Shown piece by piece: positions 11,621 to 23,400 of a DNA stretch of 64,000 nt. The first letter of the stretch is position 1, and every line of letters begins with the position of its first letter. The notes beneath the pieces were generated by a model. It worked only from the letters and a program-made list of their open reading frames with translations, was not told the origin of the DNA and did not search any database. The DNA is from Eutreptiella sp. 'Long Island Sound 2002' (lineage: Eukaryota; Protista; Euglenida): assembly GCA_964036045.1 (NCBI GenBank), contig OZ038378.1:170810001-170874000 (forward strand). The letters are read 5' to 3'. The position numbers were made by a program, and so were the translations under genes.

Positions 11621-14484
11621 AGAAGAATCCAGAAAAACGACGCTCAAACGGGCTCATGTGTTTGGACAATAGTGCTTGGACATGGCGGGGGGGGGGGGGG
11701 GTATGGTTGTGTTTCTGAAACACATGAAGAAATTGGTTGTGAAATAACAAAAGATAGCGACTAATGGACATTTTGAAAACCATCAATTGGCAGAATCGTT
11801 TGTTTGTTGAAGAATTGTCGACCAAATCGGATTATTGTCGCAATCTCTACATCGCACACACCAACCCAAAGGTGTAGTTGACAACTCATACCTACATCCC
11901 TACTTTCACTCCATGGGCAAAAGCACGGGTATGCTTGCCGAGTTGTACTTACCAAGGCTACTTGTGCCACTTGGGCCTGAAGATATTGGCAAAGGTAATA
12001 TTCCAAAATGATATGATTATCCTTTATTGCTCCAAAAGCAAATACTGTAAGATTTGGACCAAAGCTGTTAGAACAAACCCGTGTCTCCGACTCATCGTTA
12101 TACACAGATGGTTTTGCTTAAAATGTTGGTACTTGTCTCACGTTTTGGCGCGTCTAAAAAAATATTTTCGCATAAAAAAAGATTATACCCATAAAAAGCA
12201 CCATGCACCGCGCAACTCAATGAAATTTCTGTCACCTAGAACCCAAAAGATGTGATGCCTTGGATGAATGAACACTGCCCACCTTTACATGCACATTCAC
12301 CAATTAATGGCATATATCTTTGCTAGCTGATGAGGAAAATAACTGTCAACAGCAATCACACTGTGGATCGTTTGCCTCAGCTGCATGCACGTCAGCACAA
12401 AAACTATGGCCATAATCATCAGCATCTTGATGACATTCTTGATGCAACCAGTGCTCAATGTGGGTTGTGTAGTCCAGTTCTTGCATCCTGCGGTTCTGGG
12501 TACAACCTGCAAATAGTAATACCTGTTGGTTTTATTTGGATACGTGCTGGCTTTATTTGGATACCTGGTTTGCTGGCCATCATGCTGGCAAGCTAAAGCT
12601 GGGGGGCCAACATGATGAAACGTACATCAGCCAAACAAGCACATCCAAACTGTGCACGACATATAACAGGAAATGAAGACAAAAAAAACTGCCTGAGGGC
12701 CGCAACCCCTTTTTGGACACCAACAACAACTTGTTCAGCTGGCTGTGTTCCCAGCAAGAGGACCCAGAAAACTATGCGCAAACTGTTTGCAATGTGCACG
12801 AAAGCAATTTGGAGGATGCAAGGCAGAGAGTGATTGGCTGGATAATACTTGGGGGTCAAGAACTTTGGTTTCAGGAGACAAACAACAGTACTGCGGCCAT
12901 CTGCACTTTAGGCTTCCCTGTATGATCACTGAATGTTTTCTTGCAACGCCGGGCTTTCAAAAACACAACATGTTATACAAATGGCCTGTGCCATGCACAT
13001 AGATATCATATAGATGCAGACATGCATCATCAACGTATATATGGCACATCCTGATTGAAAAAACTCTTGAATGGAATTTGGTAGGTGATGGTTGTGCTGT
13101 GCTGCTGCCATGAAAAAAATAGTGGATAGAATTGCAGCCCTGCCTGCCCCAAAATCCGTCGAAACGCCAGAAGCAAGGAAAACGGGTTCCTCATGTGCTG
13201 CAGCCCCATATCTCAACCCCAGGTGCGACAACATATGCAATATCATCTTTCACCCACACAGGGAACAGCATATCTCCCAAATGTGACAGCATGACGGTAC
13301 AAAACGAAAACCAAAGATAATTCTTTCCCCACACGGACCAGCTTGCAACAATGCTATATGTGTCTTTTGAATGTATTTGAATGCAACTTTCGCACACAGT
13401 ATCCCAAACTGCAAAGACTTGTGTGGGTACCCTCTCCTTGGTACACAGGCATGTCAAAATGTCCCTGACATTGAAAATCTGCATGTCACTCTCTAAAACA
13501 GGGTGAATTGGAGAAGCTTCCATTGACTGCCCAAGCATTTGGCAGCTCTGCACTATGAGAAAGAATCTTTCCAGTGTGTATCCGGCAAGAGATATTACAC
13601 ACCTGCTTAGAAAGGCTGGACATCTTTTCTGTCCCCAAAGTATCCAACCCTCTGCTACTCAGCCCGAAGGCAAGGTGAATCCTGTGTTTCGGACACCCAG
13701 ACTCCTGGAATCCCAATTTGAAGGGGGCATGGCTGATAGTGGTGGTGATGCACCTGATCTGCAGACTCTTCCAGATCCAACAGGCAGGGGCAGGAACCTC
13801 TCTGCACTTTGCAACCGCTGTTCCCGTAAATCACGGACCCCTGACCGGTCGTGTGCACCACTCCCTCACACCCTCCATCATAGAACGGGCAGATGAAGTG
13901 ATGGCGCAGCCTCCTCTCAATGGACACTGTTTCTGGGCCCCATCGGCAGCTATGCTGAGTACATGCCGCGGCGACCTGTTCCTGAATGCACTGCCTCCAC
14001 CTTTGCACCTCCAATCCCCCGTAGTGATCAGTTTATGGGCAGAGAAAGAGTAGCCTCTGGGTGAGGTACTTTGTATTTGTTCTCAGAGCTGCACTGGGGC
14101 TTTTAGAAATTCATGGAGCAGGAAAATCCCAATCTTGCCCCAAAGCACTGTACCCTATTTAAAAGACTGCGAACCGGTTACTGAAACAGCAAAGAGGTCC
14201 CTGATTTTTCAGGTGACTGGGCTATTTTCAGCCCAACATGGCCAGCAACATGAAACATCTGATGAAAATCCAAACCAGTTCATGAAGTGGTGATCAGCAG
14301 CCAATTTTTCAGCTTACTAAAAACACCTGTATATGGCCAGAACTCACCCAAACCATGGCCACATCCCATCGGTATCCCTGCGCATCGCATGCAATCCAGT
14401 CCTGTGCTATGATGGCAAACCAGCAGTGCAACAGAAATACAAAACTTAACAATGAGTGCTTTGTCTGCAGGCCTAAGCGAAAGA

Positions 14485-17400
14485 TCACCACTTGCCCTTC
14501 CCTTTAAACCCTTTTCCCTTTCCTGACCGCATGCTAAACTCGTCCCGAGCCCCACCTTTACCAAAATCGTCTCGAGGCCTGCCCCCTTTACTGGAATCAT
14601 CCCGAGGCCCATCCCCTTTGCCAAACTCGTCCCGAGGCCCATCCCCTTTACCAAACTCGTCTCGAGGTCTGCCCCCTTTACCAAACTCATCCCGAGGCCC
14701 ATCCCCTTTTCCAAACTCATCCCGAGGCCCACTTCCTTTACCAAACTCGTCTCGCCCTTTGCCAAAGTCGTCGCGGGAGCTTTTGCCAAAGTCATCTCGC
14801 CCTTTACCAAAGTCATCTCGCCCTTTACCAATGTCATCCCTCCCTTTACCAAAGTCATCCCGACCTTTACCAATGTCATCCCTCCCTTTGCCAAAGTCGT
14901 CCCTTCCTTTGCCAAAGTCGTCGCGAGGCCCTTTGCCAAAGTCATCCCTCCCTTTACCAAATTCGTCTCGTCCTTTGCCAAAGTCATCCCGTCCTTTGCC
15001 ACGGTCATCCCGCCCTTTGCCACGGTCATCCCGCCCTTTGCCAAAGTCGTCCCTTCCTTTGCCAAAGTCATCCCGTCCTTTGCCAAAGTCATCCCTCCCT
15101 TTACCAAATTCGTCTCCTCCTTTGCCAAAGTCATCCCGTCCTTTGCCAAAGTCATCCCGTCCTTTGCCAAAGTCATCCCGTCCTTTGCCAAAGTCATCCC
15201 GCCCTTTGCCAAAGTCATCCCGCCCTTTGCCAAAGTCATCCCGTCCTTTGCCAAAGTCATCCCGTCCTTTGCCAAAGTCATCCCGTCCTTTGCCAAAGTC
15301 ATCCCGTCCTTTGCCAAAGTCATCCCGTCCTTTGCCAAAGTCATCCCGTCCTTTGCCAAAGTCATCCCGCCCTTTGCCAAAGTCATCCCGATACCCACGC
15401 CCCTTTTCACCCTTCATCCCGCCGCCCTTATCCCCCTTCATTCCAAAGTGGGGACGGCCAAGGGCTGGGCCCATGCCAGGGCCAGGGCCAGGTCCTCCCT
15501 CAGGCAAAGGAAGGATCCCCGGGTCAGGCCCATCTGAAGGTGGCAAGGGCCGCCCCAAGGGTGGGCCTTCCCCCATCATATCCTGCTGCGGCCCACGCCC
15601 TGCAAAGCCCATGGGCTTGGGATTAGACTGTGGGCCTGGCGGGGCGCCCTTGCCCCTGTGTCCCTTTCCGCCCCGGATCCCACGGTTGTCGGGTCCAAGC
15701 CTGTGAACACAATAGGCAGAGAGGGATGGCACACCACCAGTCATCCTGGGTTACCCCCATTCCCCTGTCCTCAACCCTGCAGGAAGCACTACCAGTGACG
15801 TCACGAGATCCAGCACACCTAGCACCATTGAACTAGTGATACAACCACAAGGAGTTGTCCAGGTAGGTGACACTGGCGTGAATGTCCCAGCCCCATTTGT
15901 TTGTTTGGTTGCATGCAGCTGTGCAGCAATTGCGGCTTTTGGTTAATGGTTGGTTTGGTTGTGGCTGTGTTGACATTCGAAGGTATGGGCCAGTTAAACG
16001 CAGTTCATAGGGTTGCATGAGAGGTGGACGAAAGCGGTCGGGGTGTCAAGGTCACCTGGCACCACAAAAGGCGACCCTTGCATCTATTCTTGCTCTCCTA
16101 ACCTGTCTTGACGCAGTGTCTGGCGATGTCACAAATAGTTCTCGTTCATCATCAAGCTCATACAGGACATCCAGCTCATCTACAGCAGTAGTGCCACTAG
16201 TGCGCGTTTTAATGATCCCCGATGATGAGGCTGCATCTGCATTCGCGGGTTCCGAACCCAACACCATTGCTGAGGAGTGTGGCAAGCAGATGGCAGATTG
16301 CCAGTGCGCTCGTACCATTCTCCTCCAACCAAAGCCCCAAAAAATCCAGGAGGCCATTAAGTGGATAAATGACAATTTCTGGGGAACCCTGCATGGGAAG
16401 CACCCTCTGTCCGACCTCAGGTGAGATGTAGTGGGGAGGGGGGATCTCATACAGTGCTTTTTTTTCAGCTAATGGGGGGGGGGGGGTTGACACAAGGCCT
16501 CGGTATTAGATTGTTTGCCTTTGGCAGCGCCTATTGGCCTCTCGCCACCGCTCATTCTGACCCTCTGTGGGTCCGAAGGTGTTGCCCCTGGATGACTTGT
16601 CCTGTTTGACTACTCCAGGGTTGGCTGTCCCGGAGACGGGCTGTTGCCCGTGCAGTTGACCAGGTGCATCCAGATGCACACTCCGAGTCCATGCTGCGTT
16701 TGCCGACTCCAGCAGTGACTTGTGCGCGCTGGGGTGTGCATCTGCAGGATAATTTTCCTGACACAGGCTTCTAACAACCACAATTCTTTCCCTTTTTTCT
16801 TTTCCTTCTTCTCCTTCCGCGGTCTGCACCGTTTTCGGCGAGCGCGGTCTGCCCTGTCCTGTTATACCCCCTTGTTCGTCACTTTCCCCCTGCCCAGTTT
16901 CTTCTCCACCCTCCTTATTCTTTCTGCCCTGGGGGGTATGGGATGGCGGGGGTGTGTGTTGCTGTAGGGAGGGGTTAGAGGAGGGGGCGGGGGAGGGGGA
17001 GCGGGAGTGGGTTCGTCGCACCCTGCCCCCTCCTTCCCCTTGAGGAGGAAGATCCTGGCTCAAGGGGGCTCCTTGTTGGTGTTGGTGTGCTTGGTGGGTG
17101 GTTTTGGCCACTTGCTTCTGCTGGCCCACATATCCCGTCTGTCCTGGGCGTAGTTGCATGCTGATTGATGGCATGATGGCCTTAGCTGGTGCGGCGGTGG
17201 TAGACCATGCATGTAGCGCCCACCGTCAGTCTAAGGGTTCGGGACCGGGGCTAGTTCCCCTTTGTATGCATCCCCGCAGTTGGGGCGAGGGAGGAGTCCG
17301 CAGCCTCCCCTCCCTCCCCTGTAAAGTGTCTGTTGGCTCATCACCCAGGGCCCGAGGTGCCCCAGGCGTCTTTTCTGGGCTGTCCTTTGCTGTCCTGGGC

Positions 17401-20400
17401 TGCCCTCTATTGTTGTTGCCTGGGTGTGTGTGTTCCGTCATTGTTGGTGTCGGTGTTGTTGCGGCGGTGGCAAGGGGGGGGGGGGGGGGGCTAGACCAAC
17501 CACTTTTCAGAAACCACCCACCCACCCATCTATTGGCCTACCCCGGGGCTGGGGGGTCAACCAAAGCACCCACCCAACCCCGGCCTTCTTGGGCTCCCAA
17601 ATCAGGGACAAATCAATATGGCTGCATAATTAGCCAAGATTGGCCTCCAAAAAGATCAAGTGAAGCACTGTCCTTAAGGACCGGCCTTCACAAAAAAAAA
17701 CCCTACCCACTCATGGCATACCCCAATGGGGTGGGGGGGTCGATTCTCAAGCACCCATACCCACTCCAACAACCCACCCACCCCCTCCGGTAGGGTATCC
17801 GCAGCACTAAAAGAAGCCCTAGGCTGATAATGGCAACTGAACTAGCCGGTGCTGCCAAATGACATCCAAATATTTGCAAGGGCGGGCCAATCGCAGCTGT
17901 TTTGCAAGCTGAAAGCAGTAAACTCACACACAGGGGAGTAACCACTGCTCCCTTCAGTCGTAACACAAACTGGGTGTATTCTGCCACAGCAAAACTAACT
18001 TTTTCACCAAATTTTTCGTCTTGCTTTGCTGGTGGCCTGCCACAACCTACCTTAACCCGGCAGAAGCACCGCCACTGAACTCCCATAAACCATCAGGGTA
18101 AAAGCCATGCCACAACAGACATACACAGCTATGACCCTCACTCACCAGCCCTCCACAATCCTCATCCACTCCCTAAAGTCTCCACAGCTTTCGACACCCT
18201 GTACCAACCCTCAGCAACTGTCAGTAGCCTTCCACAACCCATATCAACAGTAAACAACTGTCTACAGCTCTCCAGCTGTCACCATGCTGCACAATTCTCT
18301 CGTTAGGCTTGGCCAGAGTTGGCAAGCATTGGTGGGGTTGGTGAGTACAACACTGCTGATCGCCCCAGCGACCCTCAACAACCTGATTGCTCCACAACCT
18401 TCAAGATGCTCATATGTCCACATACCAAAGCCCATGCGATGCGGTGTGTGCTTACGCCAGAGGACAGCAGTGGGGTGGCCCCCTGGCATCAAGGTATGAG
18501 GTATTGCTGCCCGCCACTTGGCAGGGACTACCAGCTGAAAAGAAGTGAGCCTGGTGGCTTAGCTGTGTGCTTGGACAGAGCATACACATGTGAGTGAGTT
18601 TTGTCCGCTAAATTGCATGGTTCCACTGACTAGAAACAGCAGAAAATCATGATAACAAACAAAAAAACGAAATCACAAGAATGGATAATGGGACAGTATG
18701 TGCTCCCAAAAGGAACAGAGGACAGCAGCAGGGTGGCCCCCAGAATTCAGGATGTTGGGTACTCCTGCTGCTCAACTGAAAGGCATCAGAGCCCCGTAGT
18801 TAAGGGGTGTGCTTGGACAGACAGATCCCGACTGTAAACAGCACCCACCTGGCTCTGTGCTCTGTGATGGCATGGGGATGCATACCTTTCCTGCATCTCT
18901 ACAGCCTCACGAATCTCTGCATCCGTCAAGATGTGATCTGGCACTGGAGGTGAACCCAATATCCCTGGAGCTGGATGGTCTGCGTCAGGCAGTGGACGCC
19001 CGAGCTCAACCTCATCGAAGCCTTTGCCTTTACCCTTGCCCTTGCCGCCGCCTTTAACTCCAGACCCCATCCTCTCACCGAAAGGCAGCGGATCTGTGTA
19101 AGCATAAAGATGTGCCAAGGGTCATGCAATAGACAGCTTGAGAGGCAAAAGGGTCATGAAGAGGTTGTAGAGAGGACTGTGGCTGAGTAAGTGTGTCAGT
19201 CATTACTTCCAGGTGCACACTAGTTTGAGTTGTCAGAAATAAGTTGAGTATATGACCTGCCCCAAGCCACTAGGGAAAGGTGTTTTCAATAGGTGAGGGT
19301 GGGACAGTTGTCCCTTTGCTCAAACATAATGGGCCTGTGCCTCCTCCGGGGCAAGCGAGGTGTGCAAGTCGTGGTGGACAACCACACCATTAATGATAGC
19401 CCAGCAGCACACAGTTAGGATGTAACCAAGATGGCATACCGTGGGCAAGGGCCCACGAATGTACCCCCCCCCCCCTTGTCTAAGCTACGCCAAAGTACCA
19501 AATTAATACGGTCCCTACGCCTACTGTAGCTTGGACACGGGCGTAGCTTGCGCGCGACATATACAACTACCGACGCACACGTAAATGAGCGCATAGTATG
19601 AGTGCACCTCAACCTCCACCCATGTTCCCAAAGAACATACACAAGAAAGGGGGAATATAATGCACAAATACCCCCAAAATCAGAGTTATGTGGGTTCAAG
19701 TGGGCAAACACTCACAACAAATGTGTACATGACCCTATGTACCCGGCAAATTTGTCAAACCCATGTCTTATGTGGTTGCACTAAATTTGGTACCGAATTA
19801 AAATTAGGTACCAAATTAATACGGTCCCTACGCCTACTGTAGCTTGGACAAGGGCGTAGCTTAGACAAGGGGGGGGGGGGTACAAAGGTACGTGAGCCTA
19901 CTACTGTGCTTACCCACATTCAGATTTGCCCTCCCCCTCCCTTGCCCCTCTGCCCTGCATGGGGTTGCATTTGGATTTGGTGGCTGATGCTAAAGTAAAC
20001 AGGATGCCTAGCGGCTGATTGATGGCATCCCTAGTTACACTGCTCAAGCCCTCTGAGAAATGCAGTCGGTGGGGTATCTGCGCTTACCTCCAAGGAGTTG
20101 CAGTCATTGGTGACCACTCAAATGTCTAGGTTCAATTAGGCCCGCAGGTGGTACATGTAGGCTTTAAGATTGGGGTGTGCCAACTTCCCACGTCATCTAG
20201 GTAATGTATTGTTTGCCTTTCTATATTTTCAGGTTCAACCAGGTCTGACTGTGGAGTGCATTGCCTCATTGCTTCTTGTGCTTCACATGTTTGTTTGCCA
20301 TTCTATTCACTCAATTTCCATTTCTCTCAGTTTAATTTAGCCCCACCCCCCACCGTGGGAAACAGATGCGTGCATGAATTGCTGCCATAGCTGAAGCACG

Positions 20401-23400
20401 CATAGCCCGGGGGGTGGGGGGGGGGGGTGTACAAAATGGGAGGTGGGGAGGGGCACATACTTGAGGTGTCTTGCCGGAATTTAAAAATGGTGAGATATCC
20501 AAAAGCACCCTGCTTTCCCTAATTCAGCAAAATTTTCTATTTTCATACATCATGAAAAATTTGAAAACATTCGTCCCATTTCGATTTCCTTTCCTGATCC
20601 GGCAAATGTGGAAGTAAAAGAAAACAACCGGAAATATTGCCACAATCAACATATGTGACAGCGGAGGGTGGGTACCCCGAGAGGACTGCCCCTTGCATCC
20701 ACGCAGTGCAAGACAATGAAAAGGAACCCCAAGAACTAAAGAAGGGCATGGTATTGGGAGTGCTTACTGCGCGCCGCAGGGTAAGGGTAAGGGTAATTAG
20801 CTTCAATGTACACTATCTAGAAAATACATACACCGGAACAAAAAAGTTCCGTGTATGTTGATCTGTTGACACCATCGCTCTCTACAAAGGAGGAACTACA
20901 GCACCGCCACATCGAGCCGGGGCTGAGCTTGAGGGCAGGATCTTCAATGAGGAACAAACAACATTTGTATAGTGCCTCATCTTGCCCGATCTAGCGCTCT
21001 AAGCACTCTTACACATCACCATAGGTTTCGTTTCGCTTGGTTCAGCAGATTACCTCCGAAGCCCACAAAACCCATTGTTCTGTAGAACCATTTTGGGGTA
21101 CATGCACGCAAGCTCAGCAAAACAAAATCCTTATCAGTGGTACCAGAGGCGCCTATCGGTCGAAAAAAATAGACACTCAGTGGGTCCACCCCCACCCCTT
21201 GAGGTCGCGTCCTGCCTGGCAACCACGCCCGTGCTACCTAACCCTTGCCATCTTAAGAGTGTCCAAAGCAAGGACGACGCAAAGTTCATACATGGCCCAT
21301 TCAATATTGGGGACGGGCAACAAGTGCACCATTTGTGGGGGAAGAGGCCCCAAAAGGTAAAAATAGCCACAAAAATAGGGGGGGGAAGGCGTGAAGGGGT
21401 ATGCGTTACATGAAAAACGCATGTGTGTATGTACCACTATATTGCCTCTACTCCAAGATAATTACCCCAATTGCGTGCCGCAGGGTGCGCCGCTGGTGCC
21501 ACACGATAAGCACCCCCATTGGACAAGGCGGAGAGGAACACGTTGGTGGTCCAGCGCGTTTGGGTGGCCCAATCAGCCGTGCAGCGGGGGCCCAAATTTC
21601 AGTTGCCACTGAGCATCAAGTGCGATTGGGTGCGCATATGCCACGGTGCAGGCTAGGGAAACATAAATTGACACACCCATACACCGTAACATGGAGGTCA
21701 TGCAAATGCCAGAGCATGGTAGATCAAGGTTTTCATCGTGACATGGCCACAGCACCTTGAGGCTCCAAACAGACTGCATGGTTTTTACAAACAGTATACA
21801 TGGTGCTGCGTGGGGTGAAGCGTCCCTGGTGGGTCAAAGCCATTGCAGGACGCCACCGTCTGTCACTGCCTTCTGGGGCCCATGGTTGCAGGAGAGAGAC
21901 CAGCTTTTTGCACTACTTTACTAAAGGAGCCACCATGGGGATTGCACCCCCGCAACGCCACTATTCACCTGCTGCAATAACAGGGTTGTCGCAGGTCAGG
22001 GAAAATTCAACAACAGAAACTAGATCATCCATAGAAATGAAATGAAATGTGCTTTTATTATCCTGTCTTGCATGGTCAAATCGGCGGTTTTCCTTATGAA
22101 TAATGCTCCCCCCATGCGGCATTCCCGATGATACATTTCGACACAGATGCAATCAGGCAAGGTGCAAACTCAAACGAACTGGGTCGAGGGGGGGGTTGGG
22201 TTGGGTTGGGTTGGGTCAAGGCCTCGCCTGGTCGCCTACCCACGGTCCGCGCCGCCTTCCCTGCCGGACCCCACTGGGCGGCCGTACCCGGGTGTCCGGT
22301 CACAAGGCCTACCGGACTGTTGACCGCCCCCAGACCCCGCGGTGGCGCTCACGGGCGGGAGATGCCGCCGTGCCTGTGTGTATGTGCCCTTGTGTGTCTC
22401 GGAGGGGGGGGGGGGGGGCTGTGGCACACCTGCTCGCTCCATTGTTGTTCGGCGTTGGCGCACATGGCGCGGGGAAGTGTGTGCCTGGTGCTCCAGGCCC
22501 CGGCAGGGAGGCTGGAGAGCCTGACTCTGAGCCCGCCGGGGGAGATGTGGGCCTGGGCTCGCTACCTCCACGTCACAAGGACATGCTACCCAACCACTCC
22601 ACGACTGCCTATTGGCACGGGAAGGCGGTGGTACGTGGCACGACTGGGGTCTGACCCGCACTCCTTGACTGCCTTAGGCACAGGTGGTGCTGCCTCGCGG
22701 GCTGGGTCCGGCTCCCACGGCCGAGGGCGTACCCTGGGCAGGTGGAGGGGCACCAGGGCGCAGAGTGTGCTTCCCTGCCCTGGGTGCCACCAGTGCTGGC
22801 TGCACTGGCTGCGGCGCTACAGCCCGCGTAGACGAGGGGGCCCAGAGGGCACCACACCCGAATGGCCTCTCCGTTGAGGTCGAGGGGGGGGGGATGCGGG
22901 GCACATAAGCTTCTCCAGGAGGGTGCAATGAGTGGACACTGTGCAGTTGTGTGGACCACCTCCGCACCCTCCCAAAGGTCTCTGTCCGATGTCTTGGGAT
23001 GGGGGCTCCTGCGTGGAGTACCTTTCCCAGACAGCCACACCCTGCACCACACATACACTCAGACAAAATGCGATACTGAATCAAATTGGGTCCGGGGGTT
23101 ATGGGAGCCAAATAAGGTGATTAGAATGCGACAAAATTCAGAAACAATGCAGGATACAACATCATGTGGGATTAGGAAGATCTCATTGACCTTGAGGAGG
23201 ATGTATTTCTGGAGTTGTTTCCTCCCTTTCTTCCTTGTTGGAGACTCCCTTGGGCAGGGGGGCGGGGATTGATGATGCATTGGGTTGCATAAGTGCATAT
23301 TCACAATTGCACATATATGGGCCGGCAAGGCTTGCAAACGCCGGCAAGGGATGGGGAGAGCGGGCTGAAAGCTGCACGCACACCTGCCAGGGCAGGGATT

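Larger units (their letters stand above)
8776..11701 (-). mobile_element. pogo/Tigger-like (Tc1-mariner superfamily) DNA transposon relic with TA TSD, interrupted by foreign sequence
   Basis: Left TA-C10ACCTGTCCAAG and right CTTGGACATGGC-G15-TA. The subterminal ACGGGCTCATGTG(C/T)TT(A/G)GACAA occurs near both ends; DDE_1-type fragments lie inside. Confidence 0.65.

Noticed and set aside
14280-15706. Long alternative ORFs (MTLAKDG repeats on minus, LPKSSRP repeats on plus)
   Set aside because: These are shadows of the 21-bp coding repeat; only the RDDFGKG frame links to upstream exons by splice phase.
16017-16424. 135-aa plus-strand ORF inside the last intron of gene 2
   Set aside because: No recognisable motif, splice context or second copy; cannot be supported as a gene.
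16495-16740. Segment that resembles a high-copy repeat I recall from similar genomes
   Set aside because: Single copy in this window with no terminal structure; recollection cannot be verified here.
20637-20755. NEKEPQELKKGMVLG, similar to a Ty3/gypsy protease-RT linker
   Set aside because: Too short, and partly overlaps the inserted element end; no other pol motifs nearby.
21020-21062. Hammerhead-like CTGCTGA...CGAAAC on the minus strand of the conserved core
   Set aside because: The core has CUGC instead of the near-invariant CUGA, and I could not form stem II or closing stems.
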